DNA of 60,720 nt, the filler included, from Asterionella formosa (taxonomy: Eukaryota), in assembly GCA_002256025.1 (NCBI GenBank). It is 5 parts of 5 records of this genome, joined end to end, with 100 filler letters (N's around TTAATTAATTAA, not from the genome) between each part and the next. Parts side by side here need not be neighbours in the genome. Positions count along the whole stretch, not along the records: positions 12,175 to 24,242 come from NKIB01007891.1; positions 24,343 to 36,406 come from NKIB01007899.1; 3 more parts are not named here. One strand, written 5' to 3'. Shown piece by piece: positions 12,378-25,072 of the stretch; position 1 is the first letter of the stretch; every line of letters starts with the position of its first letter. A program made the position numbers and the translations under genes. The notes under the pieces were generated by a model. It had not been told where the DNA came from and did not search any database. It worked only from the letters and a program-made list of their open reading frames with translations.

Positions 12378-13209
12378 GGTGCTACTTAAAGGTGATGATA
12401 AAAGATGTAGACGTACTACCTGGTACCGGTAGTAACTCGTCAGCCTGGCTAATTATCGCGCCAGTTAAATTCATAAAAGCAATATTATGATAACTACCGG
12501 GTAGTTATCATAAGAATCAACACATCACGAGCATTGATTGTCTCCAATAGTACTTAGAAGTGCTGTCACTAGTAGCAGATCACAATGATTTTGTTGTTTT
12601 AACAAACGACGTGTTAACTTAACTTTTGCCAAACCACCACCATGTGGGCCAATCGACACAATTCTGCATCGTTGTCTGATACAGACTCCATACCAGACAA
12701 TCCTGCATCGGATGGATACGACGATTATCAACTTGAGGAGTATAATGAATCGGAAGAGAGTGTCAAAGGAGATGGGAGGTTGACGGCAGAACAAGAAAGA
12801 GATAAACTATATATTTTTATATGTGTATATTAAAAGATTTGAATATGTCGAACGGATTCAATGCATAGCATATAAAATCGTTAATCGGAGTATAGAGTGT
12901 CCATGCATACATGTTGATCGTATTTTAGCATATATATACATTCAGCGACTAAGAGTGTCAATATATATATTTAGCGATTTTGACAAGGAATCTATGTACG
13001 TATTCGCAAATTTCCACTGATTCAAATATTTCAAATGGAATCACGTCATTCAAAAATAGCTAATTAAATTCTTAATTCCAGGGAATTTTCGCAACCCTAA
13101 GCAATATTTTAATTTTTGCCTAGGGTTTCAAATGCAGCAACCTTAATGAATGATGATTTAACAGCATAGAAAGCTTCTTAAGAGAGTTTGGAATGGAAAA
13201 CCAACCTTA

Positions 13210-14781
13210 GAGCCAGCATCTCTACCGCATCAAGCAAATACCAAAGCCAATTGCAGTTGAAAATATCAATACACGTCACTTGCTGGTCGAGAATTCTTTT
13301 TATCAATAGTCGAATTTTTTATATTTTTTCCCACCGCATCGACCAAATCCTATATTAATCAAATCTGGCACCGAAATTTTTAGCGAATAGAAATAGCACT
13401 AGAGTGTTGTTACATGTGTATTGTTTTATCGGTAAACCCGATTACTACCAATAAGAAAATGATGGGACTGTGTCGTGTGTGTGTGGTACTCATACGTACC
13501 TGCTTGATGAAATGAGCAATGATAACGACTCATCAGATGACGACCACTCCTACACTTCCATACATACCGGTTATACATATACAGGAAGAAAACGAGAAAA
13601 GGCAACCAAAGGAGGAGGTGGAGGATCAAAGGAAGTCGCTTGGCTAATTTCTGTACCTGTAGTTTTTTGAATATTTGTAGCATCACATTTCCTGTAATTT
13701 CCTTATTCGTACGCAGCTAGTACTACGCCTATCTAAACTGCCCATCAAAAACTAATATGACTATGCATTTGTATATTGGTATTCTAGAATAGAAAAACCC
13801 TTCCGTTTTTCCGATTAGCTGGAGTGATAGCTTTCTAATCAATCATACTAGCAATGACATGTAATCTATATTATTTTACCTTCATTTGGAATCGTCTACT
13901 ACATCAAAATCATCAGTGGTGGATGACAGGTGGGACAGTGGAGTACTGGAAGCACTTGAATTATTAAAATTCAATTGGATCACACCTAATCCCTCCTTCA
14001 CTTTGTTCCATTAAAAGACATTGCCTTTATTGGCGTGAAGCCCTTTGTTAAATGGCGCAACTCTTTTGGATTCTTTTTTAAATTCTTCAGCTGATTAATT
14101 GACCATCGACACTGTAAACTGTTTCACAATATACCCATGGCAAATATTTACATAATGCTGAGCAAACTTGAGCGTAATGTTGATCTGCAGGCAAGGGAAG
14201 GAGAGATCGACACTAGCCAGGTACATGCAGCAGTCTGCCAATGATGACACATCACGTTACACAGCGCGCTGAGGAGCAATGCTGCCTTGATTTAACTCGC
14301 ACATCGCTATCGATTGTCACCCTCGGCTGACAGCGCCAAAATAATCCAACTTTGGTCTTGTATAAAACCGACGATGAATCATCCTTGTCGGCTGCTGCTC
14401 CTACTCATGTAGCATCCTGATTTGACGCCAATGGATGACGATATCTTATTGGGACTGTCAAAGACTTGAAGGACAACATTCAGCAAGATATCATATTTTA
14501 TGCATGAGTTTTATAGATAGAGCTGCCAGTATTGTTCAAAGGTATTTTTACTTAAGTTTATTATTTGGCTACATCAAGAGAGTGAGGTAAATGTGTATTG
14601 TAAGCCTTTGTGGATCAAGTCGATAAGGGGGTCATCCTCAATCAAGACCAAAGCATATTTGGTCTTGGTCGATGCGATGGCTAAAATATTTTTGCTTTTT
14701 CGACCAAGACAACACATCATGACGTGTAATGACTCCCTACTGCAATTGGCTTGGTATTTGGTCGATGCAGTGGAGATGCTC
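13210..14781. mobile_element. Non-autonomous PIF/Harbinger (Tourist-like) element, 1572 bp, TTA target-site duplication
   Basis: Left end TTA|gagc(cag)catctctaccgcatc..aaataccaaagccaattgcagt is the reverse complement of the right end actgcaattggcttggtatttggtcgatgcagtggagatgctc|TTA. The joined flanks match the uninterrupted sequence at ~57722-57860. Confidence 0.85.
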
Positions 14782-15176
14782 TTAACCTTCCGGTTGTCAT
14801 GGGACGAATTATTGGGAGAAAGAAGTCGAAACTGAAAAATGCGCATTAAACGCGCACTACTGGGCCTTCCTGGTACCAGGAATAACCAGTCGGCTGAAAC
14901 AACCGGTACTTACTCAGTGTCTATGTATTACCGTATACTACAAAGCTTTTTATTACAGATTTGTGTACATGTATCCATCCTCATGGTTGCCAGCTTGCTT
15001 CAAGCAAGCTGGCGCGCCAAAGCATCAGCCAAAGCAACTCCTTTCTTTGATGCTTTTGCGCGTGAAGTACATATTCAAGGAGAAAAGTAACAAAGTAATA
15101 AAGGGATCTCAGTTGCGCTACACACTGTCGTTACACTTCCCTCTATTCACTTTTTCGTTAAAATCTTTTTACCACT

Positions 15177-15525
15177 ATGCTATCAACTTATGCCAAGCGA
15201 GCGTCGAAAACGGCCGCAGTTGTAAGTGTGAATATCAGTTCTACGTGTGATTGTTATCCTCCGAAAATCTTACACGGAATGCTTTTATCAACCAATATAC
15301 TAGCGACTCTTTACCTCGGAAGCCCCTGTTGCTACGACTCCCAAACCAGTGTCTTCGGGTGGCGCAGGATTTTTTCAACGTGTAACATCGTTTGTTGTGG
15401 GTGCGGGAGTTACTGCATTGGCAACGCAATATTACATTTTTGAGGAGGTCAAGGCAGGCAATGAGATGATGCTGGTAAAACAAAAGGAGTTGGAACAGCG
15501 CATCGCTAAGCTAGAAAAGAAATAA
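15177..15525 (+). CDS. Small 88-aa single-pass membrane protein with coiled-coil tail, probably mitochondrial; exons 15177-15221 and 15304-15525
   Basis: Intron 15222-15303 (GTAAGT...TAG, 82 bp, phase 0) gives MLSTYAKRASKTAAV|RLFTSEAPVATTPKPVSSGGAGFFQRVTSFVVGAGVTALATQYYIFEEVKAGNEMMLVKQKELEQRIAKLEKK*: basic/hydroxylated presequence, hydrophobic helix, heptad tail. Confidence 0.8.
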
Positions 15526-16923
15526 AATGCCTTGCGTTTATCAAATGTGAATGGGATTTGAGCGTTCCAATGAATTTTTTGGGGACTGTCGAAGCCAAGA
15601 CGTTTTCTGTTTCGGCATCTTCGCCTAAGAGGAATTTTCAAGGAAAATAGTCGTTTAATGGTTCATGTAAACCTATCAGCAGAAACGAAGGCGGCGAAGA
15701 CATATTTATTTGATTTATTTGTTGAGCCTTCATTCTACTGAGAGGAATAGGATATTTTATTTGATTCTGGCTTTCGAATGTTATCCTAGTTTTGTGGTTG
15801 CATCAGTCAATTTGAATAAATTGAACCAGCTAATATTTGCCACCAATGCTCTTTTGATGGTATTGCAGACTACAATAACATACAAGTGAACCTCACAGGA
15901 AGCATCAGTGCTGTTCTGAATAGGTTCTTGATGGAACTCCATTGATGAAATACTGGTTAATGTCATTATTTGCTTCCTTGTAGTTGCAATAAATAGCGAA
16001 TAATATGCAATTGACTATCAGTTTACTGCATGGTCCAAAATACTGATTGGGTGTTTGGTAGACTGCCTAGAGTACCCTGTATTTTTCGGCATTGTAATCT
16101 ATTTATTTATCGTAAACAGCCAATCATTTGCATCATGAACAATAATTGGAACAATTTAAAAAATGGAACAAACCCAGCACCCATGCATTTTTGCAATACT
16201 GACTGTTCCTGTGTCTTTCTCCCCTTCAGGCAATATTCTACTTAAGCTCAATTTGTATTAGGATACAACAGCCATAGTTTTGGAAGATAGTGACTGTTGT
16301 CACTGCTTGCATCAGGAAACCAATCACATGAGTTGTTCTTGATGACAATTACTGTCTACATCATTGCTCTACACGTATAACAATACATGTTGACCAAACT
16401 TTCAGTCTCGAATGGACTAGCAACTGTGCCGGTTGTTAGAATGGTGGGTTTCATTGCAAGAGAACCAGGAGCAGTTAGTAGCCGTTCATGTGATGAAGCC
16501 ATCATGGTTGACAACCAACCATTCCATTTCTCAGCCATATCACAGGGGTGACAAGAACTTGGTCACTACGTGATATGTAAAATAAATAGCTAAAATAATG
16601 CTGCACTCTCCTGGTTATTTAAAAGACGTTATTGTATCATAGTACGCATCCGTATTAGGAAGGAACTTTATGTATTGGCTGACTCCAACGCTACTGCTCC
16701 CTGATGGCTGGTGATGGCTTGCCTGTTCTTAGAGTAGAAAGTTCAACTGCTGTGTACATCAATGTGCATGCCTTTTCACAGCCAAGTATCATCACGCGCC
16801 TTGGACTATAGTTGACCCTGTGTGAAGAGCTTCGAAGTTGAAGGAAGCGCATGAATCAGGATTTTGATCGTCGGAATTCGAAATGGAGCGAACGGATCTA
16901 AGTGGCTCTACTTGGCAAAGAAA

Positions 16924-17937
16924 ATGTGTGCCTCTTCTTTGATATTCGTTGAATTCTTGGATTGGTGGAATGGATTTAACCGATTGCCACTCATTGACAT
17001 TCGAGAGTCCCAAGAAAATGGCAGTTTATATGCCAATGATACAGTCATCGTTCATCTCCCTTTCTCAACGTTACTCTCTGGCGAACGGTCCTGTGAATTA
17101 CCACCTCGGCATGTCAAGTTCGCTGTGCTCATCGACAAGGCGCAAACAAATCTAGTAGAGACGTCACAATTCTTTGGACGTACTACTTCACAAGCCACGC
17201 AGCAATCTAGAAAGCCTTGGCTGGTGGAACAAGCTATATTAGTAAACGAAGATCTATGGATGACCGTTCGTAAATTGGGAATTTTTGTTGATTCTTGCAT
17301 AGAACATTCGACATCTGATCCTTTCCGTCCTCTCTCGCGTCTTTGGCAACCTGATCCAATCATTCCCGAGCTTCTTTGGCCACTACTGAAGCCAGAATTG
17401 TTGAAATTGAACCAAATTGACGTTCCTCTCGAAATATGGGACTTGGGCAGCGGAGCTGGTCGCGACATAACCTTTTTAGCCGAGCAAATCAAAGTAGAAG
17501 GCATGACAAACATACATATTGTTGGTGTTGATAACCACAAGGGATCTGCGGATCGATGCTTGCCATTTTGGCGGCACCGAGGTGTTGCTGATGTCACAAT
17601 GCACATTTTACTCGATCTCAACAAGGTCACAAAATTAGAAGAAGCCCTTGGTGATAAATGTGTTGTATGTATATATGCTGTTCGTTTTTGGAATCCGCGA
17701 ATGATCAGATGGCTGGCAACCAACGCTCGCTTAAACCCGAATACATTATTCGCTATAAGCCACTTTTGCAAAACGGGGCCAACCTGGGACTTCGATCATC
17801 CTAAGGAAAGTCGAGTTCTGCAGCGTGAAGAGCTTGCCAATATATTCTCAGCAGATTGGGAAATATTGCACGATAGGATCGCTTTTGATGGAGACCATGG
17901 TCGAACTTTGATCCATTTTGTGGCCAGAAAGCGCTGA
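16924..17937 (+). CDS. Class I SAM-dependent methyltransferase (TehB-like) with a possible rhodanese-like N-terminal region
   Basis: 337-aa intronless ORF from the ATG at 16924; motif I WDLGSGAGRD, motif II VGVD, IYAVRF, FDHPK and a C-terminal FVARKR strand; N-terminal LIDIR. Confidence 0.8.
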   Translation: MCASSLIFVEFLDWWNGFNRLPLIDIRESQENGSLYANDTVIVHLPFSTLLSGERSCELPPRHVKFAVLIDKAQTNLVETSQFFGRTTSQATQQSRKPWLVEQAILVNEDLWMTVRKLGIFVDSCIEHSTSDPFRPLSRLWQPDPIIPELLWPLLKPELLKLNQIDVPLEIWDLGSGAGRDITFLAEQIKVEGMTNIHIVGVDNHKGSADRCLPFWRHRGVADVTMHILLDLNKVTKLEEALGDKCVVCIYAVRFWNPRMIRWLATNARLNPNTLFAISHFCKTGPTWDFDHPKESRVLQREELANIFSADWEILHDRIAFDGDHGRTLIHFVARKR

Positions 17938-18224
17938 ATCTTCAACACAAAAGAAATATGCCATCAATAGGAATAATATCATGCGTGTATCACCCTTTCC
18001 ACTCCATATTTCTTTTGACATAGGATCACCTGCTCCCCAAGGCGTTTCCCTTGGGTTCATTTGATTCCTGATTATTTGCTCAAAAGCTTTCTCCAATAAA
18101 TACATGCCATTGGCAGACAAAATAACAAATTATATAAAATTGCTTCCACAGTGGGTACTACTCATGTATGAGTATATTTTAACAGGAGCCATGCTATAAA
18201 TAAGCTGCCTGCAACTTGCGTTGT

Positions 18225-19005
18225 GTCAAGTTGATGCGACATCTTTTGGACAGAGGGAGTACCAGCATACCAGTTGCTTAGCAGTATGCTACTATATTCT
18301 GAAGCCAAATATTGAAAAGTTAGCAGATACAACCAGGTAAAATACCATGACAGAGTTTACTCTACCTGCTAGTATGTATGTATCACATGCCGCTCTTGTG
18401 ATGTACAAACTAGAGCAAAATGATGCAGCAATTACATTAGGTTGTGATCTTGCAAAGATTGTATAATATTCCTTTATGTTCCCTCCCAATTTCTAGACCA
18501 TGAGAAATGGAGGGGTAATAGTCAGTAGCATAAGGTCTTGTCGGCAGACCATGCTATGAAATTCCATGTCTAACTCCACAGTCTTGGAAAGCGCGTTACA
18601 AATTAGTTTAATTTTTTTACTTATCAGGACTTCCATACAATTAAGAGAGTTGCAAATCAATTGAAACCAGCATCAAAATTGCATTTGTTATCATTTGAAA
18701 ATTGGGCAATATAAAAATCATATGTAAACTACTAGTATCAAAACTGTGATTATAGATTTTATTTCTCTATCACAGCCAGTGGTATGTTTTGTCAAAAAAG
18801 TCCACCAATTGACCATGTTGGATGATGAGATAAACAACACCAATTTTCTCCAAGCTTTGATTGCTAATACCGGTGAGAAGGATTTTAGTTGGAAGCAGTA
18901 ACATGCAATTAACCGGTATACTTTTTAGGACATCTCCATTGTAACATGGCTGTTGTCTTTTAAATAGTACCAGGTACTCCCTCTGTCAGATAACAGTTGC
19001 ATTAT
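18225..19005. mobile_element. Two outward-facing Stowaway/mariner-type termini
   Basis: GACAGAGGGAG|TA at 18249-18261 and TA|CTCCCTCTGTC at 18975-18987. CTCCCTC(C/T)GT next to TA is the classic Stowaway/mariner end. Partner ends not found. Confidence 0.5.
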
Positions 19006-19761
19006 TAATTGAAACCACTTTTACATAGATAAATTGATTGGCTACAATTACATATCACCAAAATGCCGTTTTACAGTGGCCAGCCACCCAAATGTTTTGG
19101 GAAAGTGACGCAATTATGTTTCCATAGCTATTTTAATTACGACATGGCCTAAGCGTGCAGTTTCTTACAGATTATTTTTGTTTTCGTACATGGAACCTTG
19201 CCACAGAATATTCAATGGTTCTCATGTACAAAACAAGGATCCTACCATCCATTTCACCATGCCCCATCACCTCCTCTTTTGAGGTTGAACAAATCATTAT
19301 CCAACACAAGTTGACGTTCTTCGGCTGCTTGATGAGAATAGGTGGAAAAAGGTTCCTTGTGGTTTTGTAGTTTGCTTGCGATGGGCGGCCAAAAGCACAA
19401 CAACGTGTTTGTCAAAAGCAGTTGCCAATTTATATTTTCTACATATATTGTATTCAAAGATCTGAATCTTCTTACTAGATGAAGGCGCACATTATAAGGG
19501 CAATTGAGCATTAGAAAATCGTATTTAGGAGTCAAAATGTCGCCTGATAAAAAATTTATTTTCGATGCAACTGTTAGCAGGCAGAAGGGAAAACCGGGTA
19601 GGTGTCACCAGACATATCTGTGTTTCCGCGTTCGGGTGAACAAATTATCCAAAAAGCTTCACCAAGTCGTGCTACAGACGATTCTCAAACAGTGAATTGA
19701 AGACGTTCTCTATGTATAAGGAACATAAGGGCCTTTCCGTCGTCATGTTGTCCGTGTAAAA

Positions 19762-21234
19762 AGGGCGGGTCTTAACAAAGATACAGATAATTTTTTTAAT
19801 TATTAAATTGTATCTTCAGAAAAAAATAATCTTTACAGAGATACATGTCACAAATATGTCTCAGTGACGGCAAAACAGTTATCCTTTTTTGTGTCTCCGC
19901 AAACATGTGCATCAGAATCAGCATTCGATTTTTCGCTATTAATATTACTTGGCATTAAACGCCACAAAGGATAAAGACTATTTCCATTGCGACAGTGACA
20001 CTCATCAGCCTTCCTCAACATATACTCCTAGTACATTAGAAAATGAGAGCTTCTGTTATCGCAATTGCCCCTTGTCTTTCGGCTGGTGTTGAGGATGCTT
20101 TGCTTCATTCAATCCATTTGTCCGAAAAGGGGTTTCATCTCCGCAAAAGCAGAAAACATCATCACTAAACTCCAAATGGCCGAAGTTTTTGAAATCACTG
20201 TCGACATGCCTCCCAGTAATTCTGGCTTGCAAGCCAATATGAAGTTAATATATCCTTACAGGTCCTTCGTAAATTGTACAAGTTTGTTATAAATCGCCTT
20301 TTGGTCTAGATGTTGCTCCGAAAGACAACCTGCAGTGTGCACCAAGGACGGTCTTTTCGGCAAAAAGGTTGGAGACAGTTGCCTCCTTCTCGGGTGGAGG
20401 ACTGGGCTGTAAATGTACACTGTTGGCTGCATCTTAGGAGATTCTTGTGGAAGCGCTGACTAACAATGTTTCAAGTTGAACTAACGAGATTGTGATGATT
20501 TTCGAGCGACCCTTGATTGAAAGCTAAAATGGTGCCAGACATCTCAATACACCAAGAAAGCGCTGCAGCGATTGTATTTCAATTGAGAGCGCTACAGTGA
20601 GTGTATTTCAATTGAGAAGTTATTGTTAGAACCCCAAGAATGCATCATCCAAGCCCCAGCAAGCAAACAAGGGGACGCTATCCACCACTCCATGTACCAA
20701 AGATGAGAAAACAAACACTTCTAATAGAAGAATAACATGAGAGATTACAAAATTATGAATCGTTCATCCTCCTTCTGAACGCATATCACTTTCTTGACTG
20801 CAACATCCACTTGTGTTCACAATGACGACTTTGTACCCAATCTTTTTAATTTCAGTTTGCCATGCATGATTGGTGGTTGCCTTTCCACTCCATATACCAA
20901 AGATGAGAAAACAAACACTTCTAATAGAAGAATAACATGAGAGATTACAAAATTATGAATCGTTCATCCTCCTTCTGAATGCATATCACTTTCTTGACTG
21001 CAACATCCATTTGTGTTCACAATGACGACTTTCTACCCAATCTTTTTTATTTCAGTTTGCCATGCATGATTGGTGGTTGCCTTTGACGATTTGGATTATT
21101 TGTTTGGTGGTAGATGTACGGACATGTATTGTTTCAATTGATTCCTCATAATAGGGTTCGTTGCTGCACTAAAATTTTCTTACAAGTCGTTTTTGTGACA
21201 CTGCAAGAACTGTATCTCTGTCAAGACCTGCCCT
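19762..21234. mobile_element. Non-autonomous TIR element, hAT-like (~1.47 kb)
   Basis: 25-bp TIRs agggcgggtcttaacaaagatacag (19762-19786) and ctgtatctctgtcaagacctgccct (21210-21234), 3 mismatches; flanking 8-mers gtgtaaaa/atgcaaaa match at 6 of 8. Confidence 0.65.
20685..21084. repeat. Tandem duplication, 2 x 200 bp
   Basis: ccactccat.taccaaagatgagaaaacaaacac... starts at 20685 and 20885, near-identical. Confidence 0.95.
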
Positions 21235-21264
21235 ATGCAAAATGACCGCAACTTCTTGGAGGTA

Positions 21265-23078
21265 CAGTGAAACCTCCCTATAAGATGCACCCTGTTTGCT
21301 CCTACATTTATGGCCTTTTCGTATCCTATAGGGAGGTGTATCTTATAAGGAGGTTCAGCAAGTTTACGCTGTTTTGTTCTCCGTACGTACTACAGTACCA
21401 GGGTACATAATATGTGCAATATGCATAGACCAAGGCAGGGTTGTTTAATCCAACTATTTGCAGTTTATTTTAAAAAAATTGATTTTCATTTGGAAGAAGA
21501 AGAAAAAGATTCAATTGGAGGTTGAATAAGCCTACAATGAGACCCTTTTTGAACAGCGGCAATTATTTCAAGCGATGGAAGTTCCTGCTCAAATAAATCC
21601 ATTTCTGTTACATACATCAGTGCTGTTCTTAAACCAAGCAATGCATCTCTTGAGGTTATAGGAACCTTATTGGACACATCACTGATTGCTGCCATAGCAC
21701 TGCCTTCGTCCAAGGCACTGTTATCCTCCTCATCCCCTTCATCAATATATTCAGCAACCAAATTTGCAATCAAAGATTCAGCACATGGGATTGCATATTC
21801 ACCAATACAATCTTGTACATAATGAATATCAACTTCTCCAAGCCTCTCCATCAGCTCCTCCACTTCATTTTCAGTTTCCTCTGGTACTGATACACATTCT
21901 TCATCACATACTTGTTTAAACCCACATGCTTTAAAGCATTTTTGAATTGTTTCAGTCGTGACACTTCCCCAGGATGTAGCCATAAACTTCATTGCATCAA
22001 TAACCTGCAATTTCTTAGCCAGATCTGCTGCATGTTCTCCCATTTCAATAAATTGTAATAGCTGCAAAACTTGATGCTTACGGGAGAGAGCTTTCACACT
22101 TCTAATGATTTCAGTATCAAAAGGTTGCAACAAACTTGTTAAGTTTGGAGGGAAAAATTGAATCTTTGCATGTGTTAGCCTTGAGCTTGTCTCCTCATCA
22201 ACAATGTGTACAGGGGCGTTATCCAAGAATAAAAGAATCTTCCTGTTCTGAGAAGCCATGTATGCATTCAAATCGAATAGATACTCAATAAAAAATAGGA
22301 TTTGTCATCCAAGCTTTGCTACTTGACTTGTACACAACTCCAACGCGGCTCAAATCAATGTTTCGAAAACAATGAGGCTTCTTGGATTTCCCAATTATGA
22401 GCGGCTGCAGCTTTTCCCCAGCTGCACTGTATGTCAAGGCAACTGTAACTCGATCCTTAGCTAATTTTCCTCCTTTGCATGATTTTGATACTTGATCGAG
22501 AGTTGAATTTGGGAGAGCATGATAAAAGTATCCAGTCTCATCCATGTTGAAAATGTTGGCTGGAGTATATCCATCACACAAACTAGCCAAAAAAGCTTTC
22601 CATTCTTCAGCCTTATCAATGTCTACATTCCCAGACTCTCCACAAATAGCATAGAATTTGACTTTGTGTCTCTTCTTCCATTTTTCAAGCCAGCCATTAG
22701 ATGCCTTAAAATTATGATCTTGCTTAAATGCTTTGGCAATCGACAAAGCTTTGATTTTGTAGGATGGGTCCACTAGCTAATTGGATATCCAGTTGTGCAA
22801 AACCATCTCCACAATACTGTGTTGATTTCTGTACCAGTATTAAGGCAAGCCATTTTCATGGATTGCATCGATTTTCCTTCCATCAGTAAGTCGTCCTGCT
22901 TTTTCTTTGCTTTTTGAACAGTTCCAATGCTTATGCCAAGTTTAAAAGCAACTTCTCTATCACTATTCCCTTCACCAAGAAGCTTTATTGCCGCTAACTT
23001 TGTATCAATGGAAACACTTTTACGCTTTAACTTCATTTCCGACATGCTCATCACAACTCCTTCAGTTCCCAATGGCAA
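21265..23078 (-). mobile_element. pogo/Tigger-family DNA transposon with frameshifted transposase (CENP-B HTH + DDE_1)
   Basis: ORF pieces 22773-23078 (KRKSVSIDTKL..HTH), 22285-22773 (FKASNGWLEKWKKRH, IFNMDETG, KDRVTV, KAWMT) and 21486-22271 (LLFLDNAPVH, FFPPNLTSLLQPFD). TA|CAGTGAAACCTCCCTATAAGATGCACC terminus at 21265 with an inverted subterminal copy at ~21332-21358. The other TIR was not seen. Confidence 0.9.
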
Positions 23079-23729
23079 TGATGTCTGAGTCTTGGAGATT
23101 GTAATAAGTGAAAGAATTCAACCAAATGGACAAGTAACAGTCAAGCTTCCTTTCAGTAAAGTATAACTAAAAATTATTATTACAAAAGGGTCATGAGCAA
23201 GTACTAATGTCACAAGTGGTGATACTACCACCAGATCATTGCTACCGGTACTAAGCAAGATGATGTGGTAGGTATTCTACTGACGCTTCTATTACTGTGC
23301 TTGCGTAAGCATGTATTTTTGTATGCGTAAACATGTAAAATGATACTCCCAGTATTACTTGTAAAAATCAACCCAGGTTGTATTTTTCTGTAGGCCTCAA
23401 GTATCGTTCTACTGCGGATGGTAAAATACCTTGACGGTATTTTTCCGTACTTGATCACGAGAAAATACAGTATTGTACAACAAAGAAAAAATCAACCCGG
23501 TTGCATTGACGGTTGATTTTGTACTCCCTTTTTGGTTGAAAAATCAACTCTGATTAGTCGTAGAAAAGCCGGGATGTGCGTGATGATGCATAAAAATATG
23601 CACATGAAGCAAGATGGTGGTACCGGTACCAGGTACCTGGTACCAGGGTACTCAGCTTACCGGCAAGTTGCGGTAATTTTGCTAAACGAGCAGTATCCAA
23701 ACTTTAGTGCTACATACGTCATCGTGCTG

Positions 23730-24242
23730 GCAATAGTGATTCCAATTCCAAATTGATTCATGTGTATCTCTTTTGATTTTTCATTTAATAAACCACCTGA
23801 CCACCTGGTTGTTTGGAATTGTCTGTAACTTTAATCTGATTTAGCCTACAATATTGAGACCTAGGATCTTTTTACTTATTCTGCCATTTGGTACCATAGT
23901 AGCTAGGATTTGCATAATGTTTGACCATTTTGATTAAAGTATCAATTTCCCTTGATGTGTGATGTCATCATTTCAACCCAAATGCCATCACAGCCGCATA
24001 CCAACATAACACTGTAGTTAATGATGATACAACATACCGGTAAACATAAGGTGAAATAAGCAATGTATTGCCCATGAAACATGCAATATATCATACACCT
24101 TTTGATGGATTCATGTACAGGGTACCTGAGGTAGCCCACATAGGCACTAGAATGTAATTATTTAGCTTAGATTATGCTTTTTCTATATTTAATACACTAC
24201 AGTGTAGTCATTCTGAATGGCTGGAGAGCGAATATTGCATAA
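23730..24242 (+). repeat. Dispersed repeat family B copy
   Basis: Colinear similarity with ~4815-5400. Confidence 0.75.
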
Positions 24243-24342
24243 NNNNNNNNNNNNNNNNNNNNNNNNNNNNNNNNNNNNNNNNNNNNTTAATTAATTAANN
24301 NNNNNNNNNNNNNNNNNNNNNNNNNNNNNNNNNNNNNNNNNN
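24243..24342. other. Artificial contig spacer
   Basis: N44-TTAATTAATTAA-N44. Confidence 0.97.
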
Positions 24343-24715
24343 TGACTCAACACTGCGAAACTTCAAGGCGGCAGAGACAATGACGCAAGTCATGAGAGAA
24401 CTGAATACTTGCCCGACAAGGAAAGAAAGGGTAACTGGCTGATAAAAGACTGTCATGAGCGATGGCGTAGGTGATGATGAAGGAAAAGGAAATGGAAGCA
24501 ACATCAACCGCAATATATTTGGATAACCTCAGGGTTAAGGTTGTTGCATTTGAACCCCTAGCTCGAGGTAGGTTTTAAAAAATAATATTGAGTCAGACCA
24601 ATCAAACACATACTCTCGTTATATAAATCAAATATGTATAACGCTTAACGGAGCTTTCACCAATACACACCCTTTCCATATGCTTACATACAGTCTTCGG
24701 ACAAAGTAGGGGTTT

Positions 24716-24908
24716 AGGTCCATTCTAAATATCGTCAGTATACAGGATCTGGTCAGAAACTGCAGAAAGGAACTTCGGTCTTTTAACTCTTCTGAATAGA
24801 CTCGAAAACTCGGGGGAAATCTGTTTATTTGGCATAGGAAAAAACCGAAGTTCCTTTCTGCAGTTTCTTGCCAGAAGTTATATACTGATGCTATTTGAAA
24901 GTTACCTA
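24716..24908. repeat. Foldback inverted repeat (~190 bp), MITE-like
   Basis: Perfect 25-bp arms agaaactgcagaaaggaacttcggt (24755-24779) and accgaagttcctttctgcagtttct (24844-24868), with imperfect pairing out to ~24716/24908. Confidence 0.85.
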
Positions 24909-25072
24909 GTATGTATCTAAATCGCCGTTAGACCCAGCCAACATTTAGCTATCGTTGTCCAAAAACTCGACAAAATCGGCCTTTTCTACGGTCACCAAAA
25001 TATCGGAATCAGAATTATTAAGTGCCGAAACATCATCATCGGAATTGTAGTCGTGTGCTGGAATTTTTAGTC

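Noticed and set aside
14983..15090. Possible short gene or exon MVASLLQASWRAKASAK...
   Set aside because: 35 codons, no convincing splice partner or motif.
17052..17771. 239-aa antisense ORF (likewise 49381-50067, 47938-48399, 57795-58385)
   Set aside because: Shadow frames of well-supported genes on the opposite strand.
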